Below are positions 53,899-64,000 of a stretch of 64,000 nt of DNA, piece by piece. The position numbers were made by a program, and so were the translations under genes. The first letter of the stretch is position 1, and every line of letters starts with the position of its first letter. Origin of the DNA: Candidatus Bathyarchaeota archaeon (GTDB lineage Archaea > Thermoproteota > Bathyarchaeia > Bathyarchaeales > Bathycorpusculaceae); assembly GCA_963768425.1 (NCBI GenBank), contig CAVYHV010000017.1, positions 1-64,000 of the forward strand, read 5' to 3'. The notes under the pieces are model-generated. The model searched no databases and was not told the DNA's origin. It worked only from the letters and a program-made list of their open reading frames with translations.

Positions 53899-54329
53899 TT
53901 GGATGAAGTATTAGAGATGTTGGATAAGACCGCTAAGCGGATTCAGAAAGTTGTTGACGAAACTAAAGAGGCAACGTGGAAGCAGTCAGCCATCTACGAG
54001 CAGATTATGCAGGCGCCCGACGCTTCCGACGAGCAGAAAATAAAGGCGTTCATAAAGAAAACCCGTTACTTGGACCAGCTTGAAACCTTAAATTCACAGC
54101 TGAGCCTGCTGTACACGCTGCAGATTTTCGCGTTCAAAGTTAAGGTGCTTCAGGTTACGGTTGAAAAATGAATGAGCAACTAGTGAAGTCAGGTATTTTG
54201 CTTAAGACAGGCGAGTTGGATGAAGTGAAAAAGAACATTGACGCACTCAAAATTCTCATCGAAGCGCAATATGAGTCGATGAAGGAAATTCGGGAAACCA
54301 AAACCAAAGCATTAGACTACATAAAATAA
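53899..54329 (+). CDS. Coiled-coil hypothetical protein (frameshift near 54170)
   Basis: ORF 53899-54171 continues as NEQLVKSG...KKNIDALKILIEAQY. Confidence 0.6.
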
Positions 54330-54470
54330 ACAATATTTTTTCCATCCTTTCAAGCAGAGAAGGATTGTTGACTGAGCTATAGAGCCTGTACAATGCTAAT
54401 GTTAAAAATAATAAAAAGTGCAGCCTGGTGGTTTTTTCACCACTCATGCCTGCGATTGGTTTTGTTTGGC

Positions 54471-55394
54471 TTATTCTACGATCTTTTCCCAGCTTGTAAC
54501 TAAGTCAAGAACTTCTTGGCCTGCTTTGCCGCCGTAGCTCTTGAGGCGTTCGCGAGTGTCTTTTTGAGCTATTGCAGCTTTCTGGAACTCAACCATCTGT
54601 GCAGCTTTGTCTGTTAAGTACAGGATTCCGTCTACGCCTGCTCTTGCCATGCGCACTGAGACTGTTAAGAGTTCATTTGCAGTTGGTGTTTCTCTTGGGT
54701 CGTCGCCGGGGCCGATAACGTACAATGCAATGTTCAGTTTGACGTCTTTGAAGAGTTTCTTGAAGTTGCGTGTGAGCATTTCCCAATACCAAGGTGTAGC
54801 GTAGTTTTTGCTGAACATGACGACGAGAAATTCGTCGGTCAGCGGGGCTAAGTCATCAAAGTTAACGCCGAAGCGTTCATAGTTGGTAACTGGGTCTGGA
54901 AGGACACCGATGACAAATTTGCTTTTTGCTCTGTCACGTACACGTTCGCTTACCAGCGCCATGTAATCGGTGATTTCTTTTCTTCGCCATTCATACCAGC
55001 TTAAGCCGCTTTTCTTGTGGAGTTCTTGGCAGCGTGGGCATATGCAGTGTCCGTGCTCTGCGAAGTGGATGCTGTTTAGCCATATTCCTGGGCTTTTGCG
55101 TGCAACGTCTTCGATGTAGTCAAGTTGTTCTGCGCGGTGCTCAGGCTGTGTTGCGCATAAAACGTCCCATCTGACGTTGAAGTTGTCGTTGGTTCTCCAT
55201 GCTGGACCTAGCGCTGACTGAGAAATCCAGTCTGGGTGGTTGCGAGCTGTAACGTTGTCTCCGAAAATCGCGATGTTGCTGTGCATGTCGGGTTTTGGCG
55301 GTAATCGTCTGCCTACTTCTGGTTTAACTCGGAAAAGGTCATAGTCGAAGCCTTCAACTTTCTTTGCTTCAAACATGTATGTGCCGAATTTCAT
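54471..55394 (-). CDS. Hypothetical TIM-barrel, glycoside-hydrolase-like protein
   Basis: HPDW, CICPRC, W.EWRR..IT, MFSKNY motifs as in DUF187/GHL families. Confidence 0.6.
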   Translation of the reverse strand: MKFGTYMFEAKKVEGFDYDLFRVKPEVGRRLPPKPDMHSNIAIFGDNVTARNHPDWISQSALGPAWRTNDNFNVRWDVLCATQPEHRAEQLDYIEDVARKSPGIWLNSIHFAEHGHCICPRCQELHKKSGLSWYEWRRKEITDYMALVSERVRDRAKSKFVIGVLPDPVTNYERFGVNFDDLAPLTDEFLVVMFSKNYATPWYWEMLTRNFKKLFKDVKLNIALYVIGPGDDPRETPTANELLTVSVRMARAGVDGILYLTDKAAQMVEFQKAAIAQKDTRERLKSYGGKAGQEVLDLVTSWEKIVE

Positions 55395-55561
55395 CTTGAT
55401 TCTACCTTTTTAGAATCCAAAACGTTTGGCAATGTTATAAAGTTTTGCTAAATTAGCGCAGAATAGATTGCGAAAGAACAAAATCCTGCATAAAGATTGT
55501 TTAATATCACAAAGAACCTCATCTAAACCTTCCGTCGGCTCAGCCAGCCGAATAGTCTGCG

Positions 55562-55992
55562 TTAAGTGATGGGCCCAGAAGGGTACCGTCCGATGGCTTC
55601 AAGTATTTCTTCCGCCGTTGTTTTTTTGCCGACGTTCCGCACCAAATCCGTGGCGACAAGTATCCCCACCAGCTTGTTTTGCTTCAGAACTGGGAGCCGT
55701 CTGATTTTGTGGCTTGACATCAACCGCGCTGCATCCTTGATTGAGGCGTCAGGGTCAACCGTGACGAGGTTGTAGACATTATTTCAGATACTTTGACGTC
55801 TAAAGAAGCACGTTTCGCCACGATTCGCCTCACGAAATCCCGTTCCGTGACAATCCCAATGGGAGCAGCCTTTTCTGTGACCACAAGGCAGCCTACGCCT
55901 GTTTCAGACATGAGTTCAGCTGCTTCAAAAACGGTTTGATTAGCATCGATGGTGACCACTTTTTTGGTCATGATGTCCTTAACCGCTGGCAT
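55562..55992 (-). CDS. CBS-domain pair protein (frameshifted)
   Basis: VKDIMTK...GIVTERD...VSEIMS; continues IRRLPV...VGILVATD. Confidence 0.85.
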
Positions 55993-56071
55993 AAAGCATC
56001 AAATATGAAATTGGGTTCTTTCCCGATAAAAGCGTTGTCATGGAACAATTTGGCGATAAAGCAGTTCTTGC

Positions 56072-57753
56072 TTATTCTTTGCCTTTTGCTTCTGCCTTCT
56101 GCCCGTGAACGTATGTTGAGCCTCTCAGAACAGAGCAAACTGCTGCTATAATGCACATTACCGCGCCGATGATGAACGCTTCTCTTAGCGCAGTCATGAA
56201 CGGTGACGAAATAGCAGTTGGGAAAAAGCTTGATCCCGTAAGATACTTAGTCGTAGCCTGAGGTATCGAATTTGCCAGTGACGCAGGAAGAGTATGAAGC
56301 AGAGTAGCAACGGGGTTGTAGCCTAGAAATGAAGCGAAGAGGGCTCCAGAAGCGGGGGTAGCACTCAAAGCAGACGCAAGCTGAGGCGCCCCGGCATTTG
56401 TAACAGCAGACGAGAGGGCACCTGGCAAAGTCGCGCTCAACGACACTATGATTATGGTGAAGAAGACAGCTTGGCTTATCGTGCTTGCACTGTTCTGAAT
56501 CGTCGCACGCATCCCTGACGCGGCGCCTCTATGCTCTGCAGGAACGGAGTTCATTATTGAAGCCATGTTTGGGGAAGCGAAGATGCCGCCACCAATGCCC
56601 ATTATGAAAAGTACAGCTCCAAAGGTGATGTAGATGAAATTGACTGGTAGCAACACAAAGCCTACGAAGGCGGCGGCGGAAATCACCATGCCCAAAGTGG
56701 CAAGTAACCTTGCCCCATGTTTGTCTGATAACCAGCCGCTGATTGGCCCAGTCAAAACAAACCCGATAGACATAGGAATCATAAATATTCCAGCCCAAAA
56801 CGGCGTTGAATCAAAACTGTACCCATGCAGAGGAAGCCAAATTCCCTGAAGCAAAATGATAAGCATAATCAGCACTCCGCCTCTTGACATGGAGCTGAAA
56901 AGCGAAGCAAGATTGCCAGCGCTAAAAGCCCTAATCTTAAACAAGTCAAGCCTAAACATCGGCTCAGCAACTCGGCTTTCAATAAATGGAAACGCAACAA
57001 GAAGACCTGTCCCGGCTGACAAGGGAAGCAATAACCCATGGGTTACCCCAGCCCATAACCGAGTTCCCGTACGGAATCAAACCGTAGATGACACCTGCCA
57101 AAATTAATGTTAAGCCTCCACCAAAAGCCAAGTTTCCCCAGATGTCCAATTTCTGATTCTTTCTAATTGTGCCTTGCTCCTTTAGCTTCAAATACGACCA
57201 GACTGTACCTACCACACCAACTGGCACGCTTACCAAGAACACGAGCCTCCAATCGTAAACCGCCAAAATTCCTCCCAAAACCAAACCAATTAGGGAGCCA
57301 GCAAGGAAAGATATCTGGTTTATTCCAAGGGCTTTTCCGCGTTCGTTACTTGGAAACGCATCAGTTATTATTGCAGCGCTGTTTGCGAAATAGGAATGCG
57401 CCGCCGATGCCTTGGACTATTCTGAAGACTATTAGCTCGATTGCGCCTGCGTCGCCTTGATTTGGGGTGATTGAAAGCAGTATCGAGCCCACCGTGAAAA
57501 TAGCAAACCCGAGGTTGTAGAGCTTTACCCGCCCGAACATGTCTGAGAGTCTGCCGAAGGTGACAAGCAACGTGGCGGTTACGATGCTGTAGCCGAAAAG
57601 TATCCACAGCATGTACTGGAAGGATGAAAAAGGGTTGATGTTGATTCCGCGGAAGATAGCTGGAAGAGCAATCAGAACGATGGTGGCGTCTATTGAAGCC
57701 ATCAGAGTGCCGAGCGTCGTGTTTGAAAGTGCAACCCATTTATAGTCAACCAT
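56072..57753 (-). CDS. MFS transporter, DHA2/EmrB-like (frameshifted)
   Basis: [35 protein letters not shown]. Confidence 0.9.
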
Positions 57754-58131
57754 AATTAGCGACCTCGACAGTTAATCAGTTTTATTCAGCAAATTCTGGA
57801 TATGTTTTAATCGCATAGGTTTCAATAGAATATAAATATTGTTTTGATGATGTGCCCATTTATCTTTTCAACGCCATGATTCTCGAATTGATCGGAACTT
57901 ACCTGGGTTGGCGACTAGAAATCTTCGCTTTGCCATCTGTGCTGGAAATCCCAGTTTTGACTGTGCTGACGCATGTGGCGACGTGTTTGATTCTTTATCT
58001 GCGGTTGAAAATAAGGTATGTGAAAAGAATAATCGGGTAGCCCCCTGTCCATGTCGACTAACTGTGGAAAAGCATTTAACTTCTTAACTCAACATCATGT
58101 AGAAGCAGTCGAGGAAGAGAGGGAGAACAAA

Positions 58132-58584
58132 GTGCCGATAAAGTATTTTGAGGCGCCAGAAATCAAAAAGCAAGTTGACCAGCTAGCTGAAGAATGCGAG
58201 TTTTTCCACGTTGTGCCCCAATACGTTTTCTGCTTTCGAAGCAGAGGCTCCAAAGCCAGACGCACAATCGCACGCATCCATGGCATAGGCAAAATTTGGC
58301 AAGAAGTCCTAAACCTGCCGCCGTCCTACACGATCGAGGTAATTTCGGAAATCTACGATAAGAATGTCGCCGAAGAAAAAGAAAAAACGCTCATCCATGA
58401 GTTGATGCATATTCCAGGCGGGTTTTCAGCGGCGGTTTTCGACCCCACAAAGGGTATGTTGAACGAAGAAACGTGGAAGCCGTTTACCAGAAATTGCAGA
58501 ATAATCGGGCTGCTAAAAAGCAGAAAACCCTGTTTTTCGGGTAAGATCCCAGAAAACTTCACGGTTTTAGCATTATCTTTTTAA
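58132..58584 (+). CDS. Putative metallopeptidase (C-terminus frameshifted)
   Basis: RSRGSKA..IARIHG, LIHELMHIP. Confidence 0.8.
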   Translation: MPIKYFEAPEIKKQVDQLAEECEFFHVVPQYVFCFRSRGSKARRTIARIHGIGKIWQEVLNLPPSYTIEVISEIYDKNVAEEKEKTLIHELMHIPGGFSAAVFDPTKGMLNEETWKPFTRNCRIIGLLKSRKPCFSGKIPENFTVLALSF

Positions 58585-58704
58585 GCTTCGGAGGCTGGGT
58601 TATGGAAAGTTGCAGCTTCAGCAGCCTAAAGCTGTAAAGTTAATTAGTTTGGGAAACGGTTTAAAGTAAAAAGTCATTTACCGAAGAGAAATTGAGGTTT
58701 AGAA

Positions 58705-60372
58705 ATGCGACACGTTATGAAAAGTCTGAAACATAACGGCATATTCGTTCCAGCTTACGATTACAAAGGCTTCAGCGTCAAAATCAAGGGTCAAACCATA
58801 AAGCTGACGCCTAAAACTGAGCAGATGGCGGTTGCATGGGCTAAGAAAAAGCCTATCAACCGTGTCCCCGCCAGACAAAGTTTTCAAACACAACTTCATG
58901 AGGGAATTCCTCAACCAACTGAAACAGGAAAACCCCTCCGCAATGCTTCCTAGACTCATTCATCCCAAGCTACCTTGCACAACATCGAGCATCTTTCTGA
59001 AACCCAAAGCAGCGTCGATTGCAAAGCCGACGAAATCGATTTCAGCCAAGTCTGCACCTTCATCGAAACAGAAAAAGCAAAAAAAGAAGCCTTAACCAAA
59101 GAAATCAAAAAGCAGCAAGCTGAAGAACGCAAAAGTCAAAAGGTTGGAATTCAAAGAAAAATTCGGATACGCAGAAGTTGATGGGCAGCGGCTTGAGATT
59201 GCCAACTGGACTGCTGAGCCATCTTGTCTTTTTGCAGGGCGCGGTGACCATCCGCAACGTGGAAAATGGAAGGACGGCCCAAGCCGAAGGAGACATCGTT
59301 TTGAATTTGCCGCCTGATGTGCCTGTTCCGGCGGGCAACTGGAAAGGCGTGGTTTGGGAACCCGAAAAGATGTACGTTGCAAAATGGGAAGACAAGCTTA
59401 CAGGCAAAATCAAGTACGTCTGGTTCAGCGACACCGCGTTTCTTAAGCAGAACCGCGAGAAAGAAAAATTCCAGAAAGCCGAGAACTTTGGGCAAACAAA
59501 TCAAAACTATCGAGCAGCATATTCAGAGGAATTTGGATTCCAAAGATGAAGACAGACGCAAAGTCGCAACTGTCGCTTGGCTCATTTTTGCCGTTAACAT
59601 GAGGGTTGGCGACGAAAAAGACCCTGATGAAGCAGACACCGTCGGCGCAATTACTCTTCGGGCGGAACACGTGAAAATTGATGGAAACCAACTGAACTTC
59701 CATTTTCTGGGCAAAGACAGCGTTGAATGGGACAAAACCCTTGCAGCTCCGCCAGAAGTAATTCGGAACATTCAAAATTACATGAAAACAAGCAAGGAAT
59801 ACCTTTTCGAAGGCGTCGACTCCAAAAAAGTCGCCCGATTCCTCTCTGAGAAAATGCCCAAACTCTCAGCAAAAGTGTTCCGTACCTGGAAATGCACCAC
59901 AACACTTGAAGCCTCACTCAAAGACGCATTGGACAAGAAGGAAGTAACCAAGGAATCGCCAGACTACAAAAAAACCTACTACGCAAAAATGGCAAACTAC
60001 GAAGTAGCAGTGGTGGCAAACCACAAGAAAAAGGTGCCGCCGACCTTTGACCAGCGACTGGAGAAGAAAGAAGACAACCTCAAATCGCTCCAAACACAAC
60101 TCGTAGCGAAGAAGGCAGCAGGCAAAAAAACCGAGTCGCTGGAAGCAAGAATCGACAAAGCCAAACTTGACTTGGAATTAACAAAGTTGACCCGAGAATA
60201 CAATTTGGGCACCTCACTGAAATCGTACATTGACCCGACGGCTTACGTGAAATGGGCAAAAAAAGTCAAGTTCGACATCGAAAAATTCTACCCCAAAACC
60301 CTACGCAACAAGTTCAACTGGGCACTACAGAGCAAAACGCAAGAGCAGCCATGCGAGTGCATAACTGCATGA
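58705..60372 (+). CDS. DNA topoisomerase IB (frameshifted in this sequence)
   Basis: LKHNG, GRGDHP, MRVGDEKD, FLGKD, AKVFRT, NH, GTSLKSYIDP catalytic Tyr. Confidence 0.92.
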
Positions 60373-60833
60373 GCATCAAAGAAACCAAAAACGGCACAAT
60401 CATCACCATTTTTGTGAAACCCAACTCCCCAAAATTCACCGTTGAAGTTGACGGGAACGAAATCATTGTCCACAGCACAGAAGAACCCGTCAAAGGCAAG
60501 GTAAACAAGGAAATTTTGAAAGAATTTTCAAAACTTTTACATGCCAAAGTGGAACTTTCCTCAGGCGCAACATCAAGGCAGAAGCAACTCTTCGTTCAGG
60601 GTTTGACAACAGATCAAGTCGCGCAGACTCCTGAACTGTTGATGTGTACAACTGGATATATTACGAGATTCGAAATATGCCTTTTAAAGCAAAAGCGCTT
60701 AACCTGTTACAATAAAGTTGAGCTTCGAAGAGGGAGGGGCAAACACCCTCACCTTACCCCAAAACCCAATTATTTTGTCAACAGCAATTTTTTGTGGCTT
60801 TGCCAAATAAAATTTCTAGCAAGAGCCGTCTAA
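60369..60833 (+). CDS. DUF167 (YggU) family protein; true end probably about 60645
   Basis: VKPNS...EPVKGKVNKEI...SGATSRQK. Confidence 0.85.
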   Translation: MSIKETKNGTIITIFVKPNSPKFTVEVDGNEIIVHSTEEPVKGKVNKEILKEFSKLLHAKVELSSGATSRQKQLFVQGLTTDQVAQTPELLMCTTGYITRFEICLLKQKRLTCYNKVELRRGRGKHPHLTPKPNYFVNSNFLWLCQIKFLARAV

Positions 60834-60977
60834 GTTGTTCTGTGCCGAAACAAGATTTATGCTTTTTCGTTCTGCAACGGAACAAGTTAAGCGGGACGCA
60901 AAGCTAAGAAATCTTAGCAGAACCGCAACGTGCTTAGTATTTTTGGAATATGAATTATCATTTCATAAAGCGTTTAT

Positions 60978-61604
60978 TTGTTTTTGTTGAATCTAATGTC
61001 GAAGTGTATGGTTAATAAGAGAAAACTATTCAAAATGCTCTGTTCCTTAGGCGTTAAAGGAATCCTTTGCCTAATCTGCCTGGCAGCAGTAGGCTTTGCT
61101 CTGGTTACATACACTAATTCAGTGACGATTTCTCCAACAATACAGCTCAGCGTCGGACAGACAACCGCCTCATGGACAATCTATGTGAATGAAGTGGACC
61201 AGGTAAGGTACATGCCCGGCGACTTTTCACAGCCCACGTTAAACACAGCGGACTCAACCACCTATTCTTTCAAAGTCACAACCGATGCATACAAGGTATG
61301 CGCCGTAAAAGTTGAGCTTACAACGACTATGGATCCCGACCTTTTCTCCAATTTTCAAATAACCGTGTTGTCCTCAACAGGTGGAGCATGGGGAGCCGAG
61401 ACTCTTTACTCAGCCCCAACAGGAGGAACAACAAAGGATTATGTTAACGGGTTAACTCCAGGGGACGCAGCCTACATTCATCAAGGCCTATCAACCGTAA
61501 ATTACTACCTAATCCAAGTAACCTACTCTTACGACCTCGCTAGCCAAAACACTCAGATACCTATAACTTTCCAGTACACGCCGCTACCGCAGAGTGGTTT
61601 CTAA
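60978..61604 (+). CDS. Secreted/membrane-anchored hypothetical protein
   Basis: N-terminal hydrophobic helix, Thr-rich beta domain. Confidence 0.7.
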   Translation: MFLLNLMSKCMVNKRKLFKMLCSLGVKGILCLICLAAVGFALVTYTNSVTISPTIQLSVGQTTASWTIYVNEVDQVRYMPGDFSQPTLNTADSTTYSFKVTTDAYKVCAVKVELTTTMDPDLFSNFQITVLSSTGGAWGAETLYSAPTGGTTKDYVNGLTPGDAAYIHQGLSTVNYYLIQVTYSYDLASQNTQIPITFQYTPLPQSGF

Positions 61605-61905
61605 AATCAATCAGGATGCGATTTTGAACGGAAAAAATAAATGAGTATACCGCGGCGAAACTGATTCTGGGAGTTACAGCAATAGTCATCGGTTTTCCAG
61701 CTTTTGCTTTCGCCTTGTTCGGTTGGTCTCAATCGGCACAATCGGTTTTAGGACTTTATTCCCGGTACATTTGTGTGTTTGGAAGTTTAGGCGCCATCAC
61801 AATCGGTTCTTCTTTGGCACGAGAAGGCTTTAGAACACGAAAAACTCAATCGCCGCTCAAACTTCAAACCCAGCCTACTTGAAAGATAACCCGCAGATTT
61901 TCCGC

Positions 61906-63174
61906 CTAAGATTGCTGCTTAAATCTCAGCATTGCAGCGATACCGCCGAACGCGTTCTTGAGCATCTGCCCCTCTTCGGTTTCAGTTGAAACAACCTCCA
62001 CGTCCGTGTTAGAAAGTTCAGCCAGCTCGCCTAAGTCGTCAATGACATCTTTCTTTTCCAAAATAGTCATAGATGGCGCACTGCATTTTGCGCAAGGTTT
62101 GCCAACGAGACCCTGCTCGAAAGCCTGCAGTTCCTGAGCCTTCACGGTGTGTTGTTCCTCGTAGCCGCATGCGCTGCATTTCACAGTGACGCGAATCAGA
62201 TCCAAGCTTTCAGACATGATTAGCAAACGGACTGCTCCTCCCTGAAGAAGTCGCCGGACTTCTGCTTCGCCGTAAGTTATCATTCCCGTGTCGTGGCCGA
62301 CTTCGTAGAGGAATTTCTGCATGATTTGTTTCTCTTCGATGTAGCGGACTTTCTTCATGATTTCAGGCGCTTTATCCATAACTTCCTTAACGCCCTGCTC
62401 TTCCACATAAGCCGTGTCAACAACGTCGAGAATCTTGTCTTTTAACTGGTAGTTCAGGTAGCCGCCTTTCTCAAAATCGTACTTCGTCGGACCTGGACCG
62501 CCAAGAATAATTCCTTTCAAAGTATCAATCGGCAGGAAAGTTTCGTTCGCATGCGCGCCGACACGGGTAAAATACTCATTCAACTGCATATCCCGCAGAC
62601 GTTCATATCGCCTAGCTGACTGCCCGCCTGCCTTAGTTTTGCCTGTGACACCTGAATGCATTTGACGCACAATATCGAGCCGTTTCCCCTGCAATGTTGC
62701 GATCGTGGCGTTGTTGGCGTCTACTAGCAGGATGCCATAAGTTTCTTTTTCCCGCAGCATTTCCTGCAGGTGTTCAGTGTGAAATCGTGAGTCGCAGCGG
62801 TAAAGGAAAATCCTGATAGGTTCAGGAGGAACGATAACGTATGCTTCCATGCGTTCGGTGCCCGGTCCTCCCCCTTCTGGCAGAAGTGCCCCTGTGAAAA
62901 TCACTATGCCTCTTTCACCTGGGTCTTTGAAGAGTTTAAGTTTTTGCTGGGCTTTAGTAATGGCGTCCAGCACGTTTTTGCGTGTAACGTTTGATTTTAT
63001 GTTACTGGCTGTCCCGTATTCGTTGCGTAGCAGGTTTAATGCGTCGCTGATTTGTTTGCCTGGAGGAACGTAAACGGTGATGAGTTCAGTGTGGCTGCCT
63101 TCTTTGCTCGCTAAGGAATTGATCATCTTTCGCAAACGGAACAGTTCAAGGGACGATTTTTTAGCTGTACTCAA
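61906..63174 (-). CDS. prf1: Peptide chain release factor aRF1
   Basis: TASNIKS, YRCD, AGGQS motifs; CSAC/CAKC zinc ribbon. Confidence 0.97.
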   Translation of the reverse strand: MSTAKKSSLELFRLRKMINSLASKEGSHTELITVYVPPGKQISDALNLLRNEYGTASNIKSNVTRKNVLDAITKAQQKLKLFKDPGERGIVIFTGALLPEGGGPGTERMEAYVIVPPEPIRIFLYRCDSRFHTEHLQEMLREKETYGILLVDANNATIATLQGKRLDIVRQMHSGVTGKTKAGGQSARRYERLRDMQLNEYFTRVGAHANETFLPIDTLKGIILGGPGPTKYDFEKGGYLNYQLKDKILDVVDTAYVEEQGVKEVMDKAPEIMKKVRYIEEKQIMQKFLYEVGHDTGMITYGEAEVRRLLQGGAVRLLIMSESLDLIRVTVKCSACGYEEQHTVKAQELQAFEQGLVGKPCAKCSAPSMTILEKKDVIDDLGELAELSNTDVEVVSTETEEGQMLKNAFGGIAAMLRFKQQS

Positions 63175-63259
63175 ACAACTTCACTAAATTATGCTTGTAA
63201 TCAGGAACAATTAACGTTAAAAGGAATCAAATAAAAGTTCCGACTCAAAAAACGGAACG

Positions 63260-64000
63260 TTAGGCTTTTGGTTTTGCTGCCGGCGCCGGAGCTGGCTCGG
63301 GCATGGGAACGCCGATAGCTTCCCTTAGATAAGCCTTGAATGGACCCAGCTTCCCGCCGTAGTTACCGGATGAAATCTTGACTACGCCGGGCACGCCGAT
63401 GGCTGCGGTTACTCCTTCTTTCATGCCTTTCTTGACAGCATCCAACGTTAAGCCGTTCATGACAATTTCGTAAACGCAGCTGACGCCTTCGGGAACAACT
63501 GTGTCAGGCACAAGAGTTCGCAGGGTTGGGCAGTATGGGTGGTTAGTTGAAGCTTTAAGTTTGTATTTGAGCGAGCCTGCTTTGCTTCCTGCCCTACAGA
63601 CGCCGCCTGGAAACTGCATGATTACGTCGGGAGCATTTGCGCGGATTGCGTCTGCCGCTGCCTCAGCTGCTTTTAGCCCTGAAGGCTGGTCCGCTGCGAA
63701 AATCATGAAGTTGCCGCCTGCAACCGCTTCCATCGCGCCAAAGCCGTTTTCAACGATAAAGTCGCCTTCCATAACGGGTATTCTCCAGCATTTTCTTCCT
63801 CCAACCATGGCTTTTTTCTGGAAGCCATCGCCGAAGTAGCGGAGGCTGTTGCCGACATCTAATGTTCTTTTACCAACTAATCCGTTGAAGGCTGCGGTTG
63901 TTGGGCAAGTAAGGGTACATTGGCCGATTCGTTGCATAAGCTGGTGCTTAAGCTCAAAGCGGTCACGATTATAGATTTGAATATATATGCCAGGTCGTTT
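63260..64000 (-). CDS. ftr: Formylmethanofuran-tetrahydromethanopterin formyltransferase (5' end outside the window)
   Basis: RIGQCTLTCPT, FGDGFQ, GGNF, FPGG, SGNYGGKLG. Confidence 0.95.
   Translation of the reverse strand, partial: KRPGIYIQIYNRDRFELKHQLMQRIGQCTLTCPTTAAFNGLVGKRTLDVGNSLRYFGDGFQKKAMVGGRKCWRIPVMEGDFIVENGFGAMEAVAGGNFMIFAADQPSGLKAAEAAADAIRANAPDVIMQFPGGVCRAGSKAGSLKYKLKASTNHPYCPTLRTLVPDTVVPEGVSCVYEIVMNGLTLDAVKKGMKEGVTAAIGVPGVVKISSGNYGGKLGPFKAYLREAIGVPMPEPAPAPAAKPKA

Noticed and set aside
49014-60372. Mass pseudogenisation or programmed frameshifting (ECF, MFS, CBS, topoisomerase IB, glutaminyl cyclase)
   Set aside because: Scattered single-base indels in otherwise well-conserved housekeeping genes are better explained by sequencing or consensus error; read-level checking is needed.
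58705-60372. Eukaryote-like topoisomerase IB as a novelty or as the array recombinase
   Set aside because: TopIB is already known in this archaeal branch and lies in the housekeeping region, more than 20 kb from the last site.

Overview
Archaeal DNA, most likely Bathyarchaeia (aRF1 with a Zn-ribbon insert, type IB topoisomerase, Ftr, DGGGP synthase, TrmB regulators, paralogous PQQ-like beta-propeller surface proteins, PEF-type C-terminal anchors). About 1-38 kb is an accessory island: a type II R-M system, four PIN toxin-antitoxin modules, surface proteins, a PPi-type phosphofructokinase, a PAS histidine kinase, a TMEM175 channel and IS elements. About 45-64 kb is mostly housekeeping. The main unexplained structure is a set of co-oriented, intergenic, att-like sites between 5.5 and 36.9 kb. 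Nine have a dyad arm (GCGGGTGATATCTCCAC), a fixed 8+/-1 nt spacer and a tRNA T-loop core (GGGTTCAAATC), and most continue into a tRNA-Ala-like 3' end (CCCCCCAGTCCACCA). Further partial or chimeric sites include tRNA-Ser-like ends. The sites cut the island into units of about 1-4.5 kb, giving an integron-like cassette array built on tRNA-derived sites. No integrase or intact tRNA is present in the window. A candidate SD-sequestering pseudoknot precedes queC-queT. Many genes, including essential ones, carry single-base frameshifts that are probably sequencing or consensus errors. All calls are by-eye motif recognition; no database searches were run.
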